Shown piece after piece: positions 10,065 to 21,138 of a stretch of 34,134 nt of DNA (position 1 is the first letter of the stretch; each line of letters starts with the position of its first letter). This DNA is from Parasitella parasitica NRRL 2501 (Eukaryota; Fungi; Mucoromycota), in the NCBI GenBank assembly GCA_025201805.1, contig MU619330.1, positions 93,641-127,774 on the forward strand, written 5' to 3'. The notes below the pieces were generated by a model. It did not search any database, had not been told where the DNA came from, and worked only from the letters and a program-made list of their open reading frames with translations. The position numbers were made by a program, and so were the translations under genes.

Positions 10065-10094
10065 CCAAGGCCCGTATTACACCAAGGCCCGTAT
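10065..10094 (+). repeat. 13-bp direct repeat CCAAGGCCCGTAT x2 (17-bp period)
   Basis: Exact copies at 10065-10077 and 10082-10094, GC-rich within AT-rich flanks. Confidence 0.8.
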
Positions 10095-10449
10095 AAGGTC
10101 TCGTTAGCATCAGTTTATTTTTTCGGTGTTTGTGTAAATATAGGTAAAATCATCAATTATTATAATAAAAAAAAGTTTGAAACATTTTGAAGAATTAGCT
10201 ACTGTACGAAAAACGGCACCTTTTTTTTTTTGGAATTTGGTCCGTTGTTTGTGTGTTTACAGATGCACAGCATGAGAAATCGATAAAGCCTGCCAATAAT
10301 AAAAAGCGATAAAATTAAATGATCTAATTTATAAATATCTATTACCTTATCTGTATTCAGAATATCATTGGATTCGGCTCTGTTCATTCAATATGCATAT
10401 GGTACCAAGTGTGCAGTTGACATTAGATCAGACATTAAAATACACACTA

Positions 10450-10903
10450 GTACAGTGCTTCCAACAAGTGATGTCAAAGCCGATTTTTATTCTATTGAAC
10501 ACAATGTCTAAATTGGACGCTATCTCAGGGTGATTGATATTTTATTCAGAAGCTGTAACAGGCCACTACATTAATGGCCCTCGATGAAATGAACAAACAT
10601 TCATATCCGAAAGATCACTATGTTGTTATGGATTATGCACCCATTCACAAGCATAAAATTATAAAAAAAGTGTAGGAGTATCGAGGGTACAAATGTTTGT
10701 ATCTATCTTCCAACTTACTCTCCACAACTTGACCCGATAGAACAATTTTCGGCAGTGACAAAGAGTAAGATAAGGCGACAGGAAGACACTCTACCAAAAA
10801 GAATCACAGAAGCTTGCAGTAGTGTAGAGAAACCCCATTTCAAAGGTTTCGTGTCGCATCTTACAGGTGCTGGGATAAATGTCGAAACAAATAACCTATG
10901 TAA
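10450..10903 (+). mobile_element. Degenerate Tc1/mariner-IS630 (DDE_3-type) transposase remnant
   Basis: Translates, with stops and frameshifts, as GHYIN..ALDEMNKHSYPKDHYVVMDYAPIHKHKIIKKV*EYRGYKCLYL/PTYSPQLDPIEQFSAVTKSKIRR..TLPKRITEAC. This matches the MDNAPIH and LPPYSPELNPIE motifs of IS630/Tc1 transposases. An 8-bp inverted repeat (10925-10932/10948-10955) follows. Confidence 0.88.
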
Positions 10904-12534
10904 TAATCGCTAACGATTTTGTCAACACCAGTAATACAGTGGTCCTCACTGGTGTAAGAAGTCAAAAAAATCGTATGAATAATGTGATTTTTTAATTACG
11001 GGAACTTCTCATCATGAAAAAAGAATATCGCTATGCCGTTGCGAAAACGAGATGCCACCATGAAAATGGGATGCCAACATAAACAAGAAAAAGAACTTGG
11101 GGTCGAGTACAATAAGAATGTAGTGTGCAGTACTAGCTGTATAAAGTACAACTGAAATGAAGATAACATGGAAGGCGGTCAGTATGCTGGCACGAAATCT
11201 GCTGCACGTCGCACGATCAGTGAACTCTTACATGTCCGAGCGTAAGCGTCCAGATTTGAGCGTACGCTCCTCAATCGTCAATGGTGCTTGTAAATGCTAT
11301 GCGCTTCGCTTTTTGAAATAAGTAAAATTGCTCTGCAATCTCCAATTGTTCAAAAAAGACTGTTTCGATTATCGCTTCAATAACAATTGACTTCAAATAA
11401 TCGTCCGGTGATGTGTAGGCGTAGAAGGTGAAGGGGTAGGTATAGTAGATGTGAATCCCAAAGGAGTAGAAGTTGGGATGTCCAATGGCGTAGTACAAGA
11501 AATGCAAGTGGGTGTCAAAGGTCCTAATGGTTTTCGAAATTTTGGAGCCAAAGGTACTATACCATTTTAGTATACGCTCAATCAGTAAACCATCTAGATG
11601 CAAACAATATCAGCTTAAACCCTCCTGTGTATAATGATTCACATTGGATGATATCTCATTTACATGAAACATCCAATTAATATAAATAGGCCCAGGTATT
11701 GAAAGCTTAATGAAAATATTAGGTTCTTCTTATTGCGATCTTCATTATTATTTTAATTAAAAGCCTAAATAGTTTTCACTATTACACTTCTGATCAGCAT
11801 CTATCATAAAAGAGTTTATGCAATGCTAGCAACTTGACATTAAGATAGTACAACATTCTATCTTTACTGCTGGAAAATTGTACTTTTTCACATCCTGTTC
11901 AAATATTGATCCGTTGACCTACCAACCATCAAGTGATTGTTGTGATCATTACGCACATGTGTGTCTCTTTTTCCTTTCGTTTAAAAAAACCTACCACAAT
12001 GCAAACAAGGTACACGGTCTTTTGCAGTCTTCATAGTTGGCCAGACAATCATTACAATTCAAAGCGATGTAGGGAACAAAAAAACAAAAACAAAAAAAAG
12101 AAAAAAGAAAAAAGAGGAAAGAAGAATGAAAGCATTCATGCAGACAGATCCTTTTTTTTTTTTAACATGGGGCAACTGCGCCTGGATTGACTTTATAAAA
12201 TCTGATATTCCTATTGTCCACATCGCATTTAATATAAAAGTTTTACTTTTAGGAAAAGGCTTGCAACATCCAGGTAGGTTGAGACTCCCACCCGAAGTGG
12301 GAAAGACTCATTTTCATCAAGTTATTTGCCAGTATCAGTTTTTATTTTGTTGACAGATGCAGATAACCATTATGCACATTTGTACTGTCTCTCTGCCAAA
12401 TTTGACTTTTTTACTTTATAGATTTCAGGATGGATACAAATCGTGGCTGCATCTAGTTGCCCTGATGATTTAATGTCTTGGTTATTGCTAAATTAGTCGA
12501 AACGTCAATCTTATTTAACGCATAAATGTGGCCA

Positions 12535-12964
12535 TTAGCTGATTGATGTGTAGTTTTTTAACTTTCGCTTGCCATGGTAAAAACATGAGCGTATTATACA
12601 CATCAAATGTCTCGTTTTTGTCCTTGCTTTGCTACGGATTTGCCCATCAGCCATCTAATCATTTTAAGGCGTTTATACTATACGGTTCGGTGCATCCCAA
12701 CAACAATCATTGTGGTGAGCCTTTAGTAACTCAAACAAACAATCGGAAACCTACCCTTTTTGATAGAATAGCCATATTAGCTTGGTTTTTATGATAATCA
12801 TTATGTCTGAATGATCTTCTCTCGAAATTCTGTTTCGAAAGTTGGACTGTAAAGGGTTCTATATTATTGGCAATAACTAAAGTGTCTCCATCGCTTGGCA
12901 GGAAACCAATACCAGCCCCAATATATTTCAAAACAGCACAATACAACTCGTGTTCAGCACTCAT
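12535..12964 (-). CDS. Possible small spliced gene or gene remnant divergent from the 13349 gene
   Basis: Plausible GT-AG junctions (introns 12912-12859 and 12754-12655) give MSAEHELYCAVLKYIGAEPFTVQLSKQNFERRSFRHNDYHKNQANMAILSKRMADGQIRSK...KLKNYTSIS*. No recognised homology. Confidence 0.25.
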
Positions 12965-13348
12965 ATCTAAAGACGGGAGTGCGATCGATTTTGTGCTTGC
13001 CAAGGAGACATCTCTGGTTTTTTTTCTCTTACGAAATCATTTCTATCAAATCTTACTGCGTGTATGTGTTGAAAATAAATGCTAAAGAATATGTGTAATT
13101 ATAGATACGTGGGTGCCCACTGGTTCTAGAAGTTCAGGCTAGTGGCATTTCCGGAAGATTTTGGAAAATATAACAAACAAGATCTGTTTCAGCATTGTAT
13201 CCAAATAAAGAAGCACCACAGCGTAGTGAACGTCATGATCTGAAGCCACAAGATCAAGAGAGCATGATATTTAGCAACATTATAAAATCGAGAACCCCTT
13301 TCTTTCCCTTTTTCATTTTCTCTCACATTTTTCATCCTATTTCAAATA

Positions 13349-16300
13349 ATGGCATTCAAGTTAAACACAATTGAAATCAGGTTCGATAAAGTATACAACA
13401 ATGGATTCCACTCGTTGCAACAATTCGAAATAAGCAACTTGACAAACCAAAATCAACACATACGACTTGATTCAGGTGCTTTAAATGAGCAGGTCGTTTT
13501 TCAGCTTCAAAACGAAAATATCAACGAGACAACGACTAAAGCGTTTGCAACAAACACAGCAACCACGCCGCAAGACTTTTCTCGATTTAATCAAGTATTC
13601 AATTACGTAAATCATATCGATAGCATTGACTTGGAACCACTGCAAACATTGCCTTTTATTATCGCATTCATACCCGAGGTAACCAAGAAGCAAATATATA
13701 CCAAAATATCTGGAAATGTTCAATTTACTGCGATGGATTATACTTTGGACATTGATTTTCATGCTACCGTGTGTCAATCTGTTTTAGTAGCCGACGAACT
13801 AGATACAGGACTTATCTTTGAGGACAGTATCGTTGGAGAAACCTATATCAAAGATGTTACCATCCGTAATCGTTCGGCTATCGATCTTCACTGGCGATTG
13901 AATACATTGGATCTGAATCGACAACAACAACAATATGGCATTGGCGCTGATGATTGGCTGCAGTTTGTAGATGCATGCACATTCACAACTCTGGGATCAC
14001 CAATGTCGATCGCCCCTTTTTCAATATATACGTTTAGAGTTGTATTCACACCAAAAGAAGTGGGAAAGTTCAACTACGACCTTCAGATTGAAAACATCAA
14101 CGACGTTCAAAATATCGTTCAGACCAAAATTCATGCAACGACAAAGAGATTCATGCACAGAGAGACCCTGGTGGTTAAAAGTGGTAATATTTTGGATTTT
14201 GGGGATTGCATTTCTGGAAATTGGTCAATGCAGCAGATAGTGTTGAGTAACGTAAGTGAAGCATCGATTGAAGTACATTTTAGTGTTGAAGGAGGGGTCG
14301 AAATGGCATTCAATGTGAAAGCGAAACCAGAGGACGGGGAGGACGAGCGTGATGATGTGATAAGAAGCAACATGGCAAATATAGCGACCAACACCAGCAT
14401 TTTTGAAAAACACTTACCGATACCGCAATCGTCTATTACGCCAGAGAGCTTATTCACAAGACCAGATTCACCCAGCATATCTCACAAGACTTTTTCATCT
14501 CAGGAAGATGCATCGTCTACTAATTCCTATGCTTCGACAGGTACTATACACGACATTAAATATACCAAGTGCACATAGTCTAACAATTTGGCAAACTATA
14601 GATGTAGACATTGATATGTGGACAGCTTTCAACGAAATGTATTCGTACAATACCAGTTCCTTATCAGTGACAAGACAAAGCCAAGAATTAGAAGGAAATA
14701 CTACCAATATCGAAGACATTGTCCTGAAACCTGGTTCTGAAAAGACCATTCAAGTCTCTTACCGGCCATCAAAATCAGAGCTCAAGAGTGTCAATGCAGG
14801 TCAATTAATTGCACAAAACAATTTCGGCATCTTACTAGTATATCGCCCCAATAAAACGTCCAAGCCCAAAGAGCTCAAGTTGATTCAGTGCAAAGCGAAA
14901 ACATGCACCTCGTTTGTGAGCGTGACGCCTCAGACGGTTGATTTTGGAGACACCAACGTTGGGGCGCAGAAATCACAATCTATATCCATAACAAACCTAT
15001 CAGAAATATGCGCACACGTCGAGTTAGTGTTTGAATCCAAAGTTATCAGTTGCACTCAGGGCGAGTTGCTGATCCAACCGAAAAGTACGATGGAACTTAA
15101 ACTAGACATTTACCCAAGAAAAATCAACACTTCCTACAAAAGACAGATCAAGCTGGTCAACTACCTGAATCGAGACAACGACCAAATTATAGAGGTCTAC
15201 AGCAAAAACGTCGATAACCATAAAGTTACTTTTCATTCATTGTTCTATCAGCTATTGACTCCCACTGGTGCCAATTTTTTAGATTTCGGTCCTATTGCAC
15301 TCAACTCACCAGCTATTCGCACCTGCACTTTGATCAATGTCAAAGATGCACCCTTATTACTAGGCATTTCGACGTCGTTACCCGAGGAAATTGTGATATA
15401 CACAAAGAAGAAAAGATACAATCCGAGAAAACTACTGTCTATTACGCCCTCATCCTCAACTCTTCAGTGTTTTGAAAAAGATATAGAGAAGCAATCGTCA
15501 GTCGTGACCAACACTTTGATTGCGATGAACCACCGCACCCGCATGACAAACGTACAGTATACTTCCACTGCTTATTTGGATCTAGCTACTGTGCCACATG
15601 TTAGGTTGACATCTACCAAACAGCAAAGAATGGCTGTAGCAAGACGATTGTTGCAGGGCAAATCCATATACGAGGCATCAGCTTCAACAGACGCTCCAGC
15701 AACCGAGGAAACAGAACTATCGGCTGAGACTGCCCCCAACAAGCCGTCTTTTGCTACTAGCCAAGAGTTACTGGCTCAAAAACACAACAAAAAGAAAAAA
15801 GAACAACAACACTACCATCGTGATCAGCAAGGCCTAGAACGTAACTGTACAGGCATAACAGGAACTGCTCACCATTTGAAAAAGAAGCAAAAGAAGATCG
15901 ACTGGCCTGATATTGCAGGCAAATCGCAAGTACCTTTAGATGACCTCATTTCAATCCTGGAGTATGGCTCATTATCTAGGACGCCGCTGTTTGCAAAGCA
16001 ATCATCAGAAGAGCAGTTTGTGAGATACCAATTAGCCTGGCGCACAGAATTGGACAGACTGATTGAAAAGGGGGAACTAGTGCCGACATCCCTTCTACAA
16101 CTAGACGCTAAAGAGGAAATCGAAGTCGTCATTGTATATACGCCAAACCAAGACCATTGGCAATCCTCTTTAACAACCAAAAAGGCAGCAGCTCTATCGA
16201 TTCGTCTGATTGATTTTGACCATTCGTCGGACGATGATGAAGAGTCAAACGCTGGTAGAAAAATCCCTGTTGTGCGAAAGGTGATTGTGCGTGCTCAAGT

Positions 16301-17291
16301 GTGCAAATCATCCATGGAGGTTGGTCAGCGCAACATCAACTTTGGGATTGTCGAAAAAGGGGAAAGACACCATAAAACGATTGTGCTTCACAATAAATCA
16401 GAAACGCCATTGCTGTATACTATTAAGAAATCAGGCTCGATTGCGTCCGGTACCATTCATTTCGATGTAGGAAAGCATGGCGTAATTCGAGCATTTGGAA
16501 AACGAGAAATCAGCTTTGTATTTGTGCCGACGCTACACGGTGCATTCATGGAGCAATTGACTGTAAGTAATATTCGAGATAAAAAAGACACCAATGTGAT
16601 TTCCCTCAAGGCAATGGTGCGTCGTTCCGAGTCCTTTCTCGTCAAGGCTTTACACGAGCCGCTGAGTATCCATCCTTATTGCATGTCTACGAGCTTTGAA
16701 GTACTGCACATTACAAATACAAATCCGCAATCTAGGTCTTTTGAAATACGAATCGATAATAATGAAGGGGTTGAAGATTATCATGTGGAATTCGGTGTTG
16801 TTCGTCAAAACGCATCGTTGATGCGTAGCGAAGAACTCGAAGAGGAGATAGAAACAATCGAACAAAAACTGAAAATAGCTTTGCGCAAAGCACAGCCGGA
16901 TAAGGTCAAAAAGTACAACAAAAAGCTGGCTAAATTGAGGCAAGCTGAGCAGATTGTTCAAATCAAAGATGATACCGCGCAACAAATAGAGGATATCGAA
17001 GAAAAGCGGTTCGATAAAAAAGAAAATGCCGAGTTATTAGAATTGAATGAATCGGACACATCGACATTAGCTTTGACTACGAAAAAGCTAGATGACTATA
17101 GCATGCTGTTTACAATTGAATCTAATACCTCGATCCATGTTATAATGTGTTTCAGAGCTTATAAATCAACTGCAACAACTAGCCGTTTACTCGGCCGTAT
17201 CTTGGTCCATGAGCACAAGAATCTAGATATTATTAAATCGTTTCCATTCTCTGCCATCTTGTGCACAACCCATGGATCCTGTCTCGTATAG
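13349..17291 (+). CDS. Large protein with tandem Ig-like ASH (ASPM-SPD-2-Hydin)/PapD-like domains, 1293 aa; exons 13349-14540 and 14602-17291
   Basis: Two long ORFs are joined in frame by a 61-nt GTACTA...CTAAC...TAG intron (ST|DVDIDM). Recurrent motif [IVL]-[DN]-F-G followed by x-[IL]-x-[IL]-x-N: LIFEDSIVG..VTIRN, ILDFGDC..IVLSN, VDFGDT..ISITN, FLDFGPI..TLIN, INFGIV..IVLHN. Each is followed by V-x-F/Y-x-P strands. Confidence 0.88.
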
Positions 17292-18287
17292 TATACAATT
17301 AAAATTTCTAATAAATATTCATCTGAATAGTCAATTGTGTATATTCGCTCAGTATGTTTGGAGGTTTTGTTATTTTGGTAACGGATTTTCTATTAACCAT
17401 CCGAGCTCGGATTGCGTGAATATACTATTAATGATAAGCCATGTTTAGCATTTATTTATATAAACGATTGTATTAAATCTTGGCATCTGTACGAGTCTAG
17501 TTGCAGGGATCCTGCATTTTATTAAATTTAGCATGCGTGCGGGAAACCTAATCATCCGCTTCATTTTAGCATCAAACCTTAACACCAGCCAAGGTAGTGC
17601 AATTCTATAATATCAACAATTATAAGGGATGAAGTCATCTTAATTATACCATATTTGTGATTTTTATTTTGCTATTTCTGCCTCACAGAATAAAATAGAA
17701 AAATGAAAATAAATGGATTTTTCGGGTGGATTTTTCCAACAAACTCATATACACTAATTAGCATTGAAGTCCTGATTTACAACATTGAAACATCCTTGAT
17801 TGACGTAAATTATCATACCGAGGCTCACTTATTCGGGTGGTTGCATAATCTTCTATTTTAATATATGATTTAGTAAGATTAAGAATATACTGCTCATTAT
17901 CATCTTTCGATAAAGCCGATGCAAATATACTATTGCCAACAGCAGGCAATCGTATACTTTATTTTCATAAGCGGCTAATGGGTTCACCATTCATAATTGA
18001 TTGTTGTGGTGAAGATTATCACTATATTCTGATGCACATGTGAGCTTCCTTTTGCAAAATAGATCGAATCTACAACTAAAGTGCTGTCAAAAAATCTATT
18101 TTAGGGTAATTTTTCCAAATTTGATACAAAAATACCAAGCACGTTTTCTATTAATATCCCAATTGTTTCATCGCATATCCTCAAAGCGCTTGATTCTGTC
18201 TCTTTTCATTCTGCAAGCAAAAAGGTACAAAAATAACCCACAAAACGGAAGCAGAACATGGCAGGATTAGAGCAGCGAAGTTAAGGG

Positions 18288-18297
18288 TATAAATATA
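18288..18297 (+). promoter_or_regulatory. TATA box of the chitin deacetylase gene
   Basis: TATAAATATA ~65-70 bp upstream of ATG 18360, followed by a pyrimidine-rich stretch. Confidence 0.55.
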
Positions 18298-18359
18298 AGG
18301 CGTCAATTGCGAGATATCTCTCCTTTTGTTTTGTCATATCGCTCGTCATTACAACAACC

Positions 18360-19752
18360 ATGAGATTTTCTATTCTCGGTGCAATTACACTCGCTGCTGG
18401 GATTTCTGCAGCTCCTACAGCTACTATTAGCAGTGCTGCTACAAGTACCAAGTCTTACATTCCCCAGCACTCTCCTTCATTCTCTAATGTACCGGCTGCT
18501 ACTGGTGTTGTATCCGAATACAATTATGGACCTTACAACTTGAGCGCCAGTCTTCCTACGTATACCTTGACAGGCTATCCTGATACCTGGGTTACGCCAC
18601 CTACTGATAGTGAGGAAGTCAAGGCAGCTTACAATGCGATCGATTGGTCTTTGGTTCCTGATGCTAAAGTTAGATATCAAAACAAGAATGGTGATTTTGA
18701 GCCTGATACTGATGGTGACGATGATCCCTATTGCTGGTGGTCAGACACCAACTGTCTTAACCCCAAGATCAACATTCCTGCCGATTTCCATTCTTGCCCT
18801 CGTGAAGGCGATTGGGGCCTGAGCTACGATGATGGACCATTCAATTTATATACAGGCAAAGATGCAAAGACTGAAAACGCATATGCCGAACCAGCTCTTT
18901 ATAATTTCCTGGCTGAGCATAACAACCAAAAGGCCAACCTCTTTGTAAATGTCCAAGCAAATGTTTGACTAAAACCTGCACTAACAACTTTATTTTTATC
19001 GAATATACATATATATATTATATTTACAATAGTATATAGGTAGCAATGTCGCGACCTATCCAGAAGCTGCCAAGCGTGCCCTTAATGATGGTCATTACAT
19101 TTGTGTTCATACTTGGAGCCATCCTGCTATGACGACTATGACTAACAAACAAGCTGTTGCCGAGTTTTATTGGACCCTCAAAGCTATCAAAGAGGCCACT
19201 GGTGTTACGCCTAAATGCTGGAGACCTCCTCAAGGTGATGTAGATGACCGTATCCGCTCAATTGCTTGGCAGGTAAGTATTCGACAAAATTGCCCTTACA
19301 AACTAACAAGACTGACTTGGACGTTAGATGGGTATGCACACCGTTATGTGGGATTGGGATACTGTAAGTTGTTTCTTCTTCTATAACAGTTATTTTGTAC
19401 AGTAAGACTTATTTTAACTTTTATTGCACAGAACGATTGGGACATGCCTGCTCCTGGAGGTGGAGACCTCAGTCCATCCACAGTAGATGGCTACTTTGAG
19501 AAATGGATTGCCAGCGAAAAGGCAGGAAAAGAAAAGACCGGTCATATCGTTCTTGAACATGAATTAAACCATGCCACTGTCAACATGTCCATGAAATGGT
19601 TACCTAGTCTTCAAAATGTATTTAACGTGCTTCCTGCCTTGGCATGTAATGATGTTACTGAGCCCTATTGGGAAGATATGGTGTATCCTTTGACTAACCA
19701 ACCAGCCAACACAACGTCCTTATCTAACACTACTGCTGATATTGCTCTTTAA
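18360..19752 (+). CDS. cda: Secreted chitin deacetylase (carbohydrate esterase family 4), 393 aa; exons 18360-18944, 19033-19272, 19328-19363, 19432-19752
   Basis: Signal peptide MRFSILGAITLAAGISA and Cys-containing CWWSDTNC. All five NodB motifs appear after splicing: SYDDGP, HTWSH, WRPPQGD, DTNDW, LEHE. All three introns are GT-AG, phase 0. Confidence 0.95.
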
Positions 19753-20740
19753 GATATATGTGGATTGCTGTCTAGAATAAACATTTTTTTGTACCATCAT
19801 GTATAGATTTGTATCTTTTAAGCTATAAAAGTGTTTGCTTCACATCAATAATCGTTTCCAATGCCTGTACCTCAAATAGCAACGTCTCGATCTATTTTTA
19901 CTTTTGACATTGCTGCAAGAATCGATGCAATCTGAGGGTGCACACCAATGAACACAGCGGATGTAGGTTCACCTATTGCAAAAGGAAACGCAATGTCATT
20001 GATAGCCATTCAAGAAAATTATACCCTCTTTTTAATTTTAAACCATTTTGGACATGTCAAGAGTAATTTATGTTGATACAGTACAAAAGGGTATTTTATT
20101 CATGCAGACCAAAATATAATGTGATGGGAATCATTACACCTCGCGGGCCATTAGTGTCCTCACTGTACATTATCGCTGGGCGCCTCCTGTTTGTAAATGT
20201 ATGGTGGAGTACATGACTTCAATTACATCTACTTGCAACTTCATTTCCATGATATATATACCTGTATGATGAACCACCCGTATATTTATAAATCACGATC
20301 CAACAACCAAAGAATATGATCTTTTGGCCGTAAAATACATGAACCTCCACTACATTTTTTATGCACAGCATTGATATCATCCATCAACTTGAATTTTGAG
20401 TGTAGATTACAAGATGGTTTAAATTTAAATCGAATCACAGAGGCAATAATTTTAAATGCATACACACATAATTTATAGTGATACATGTCTCTTTTTTTTT
20501 TAAAAAAAAAAAACTAAATGATGACTCCTGCCCATCATCTATCCATTCGACAGATGCATAAAACAGACGGCAAATGAGATAAACATCTTGTTGTTTGTCC
20601 GAGCAGAAAGGGGATCTTGTCAAAGATAGGTTACACTCCTGCATTCGCCCAAGAGACACGCGGCTGTTTGTTGATGAAGGTCTACCTCCGTGTAACATAA
20701 TTGTGGTTTAATAGCAATTCAATTGAATTGGCCATTCTTT

Positions 20741-20744
<4 letters not shown>

Positions 20745-20795
<51 letters not shown>
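20745..20795 (+). repeat. Poly(T) tract (at least 51 nt) running into an N-gap
   Basis: Direct observation; true length is uncertain because of the adjacent gap. Confidence 0.9.
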
Positions 20796-21138
20796 NNNNN
20801 NNNNNGTGAAGAGCGAGAATAGCAAGGAGTTGGTTTAAAAAGGGGGATGTTTGTTTTATTCTTCTCTTCTTTATCCTTTTTTTTTTTCTCTCTCTCTCTT
20901 TCTGTCTATTTCAAGCATAAGATCAGTCATACATACTATCCAAGGTATACATTCAAACACGACATGACATCATGTGTGGTTCCTTTGTCTTGTCTTTTTT
21001 GTGGTGGGCGTGTGCTGGAAGGCCCCTTTAATTTTTTCCCTATTTATATATTGTTCCCTAATTTTTTTTTCTTTTTCTTTCTTTTTACACAATACAATAT
21101 TTAATACCATTTACTCATTATAGGATATTTTTTTTTGA

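Noticed and set aside
12731-13003. Possible TnpB/Fanzor fragment (YIGAGIG resembles a Gly-rich RuvC-adjacent motif)
   Set aside because: No following E-x-x-TS, CxxC zinc finger or RD-x-N-A motif in any frame.
14403-14601. Overlap of the 409-aa and 962-aa ORFs as programmed frameshift or two genes
   Set aside because: Explained by a 61-nt intron with a CTAAC branch point.
20715-20730. 16-bp perfect palindrome CAATTCAATTGAATTG
   Set aside because: Low-complexity AATT-based sequence next to a poly-T tract; no supporting context.
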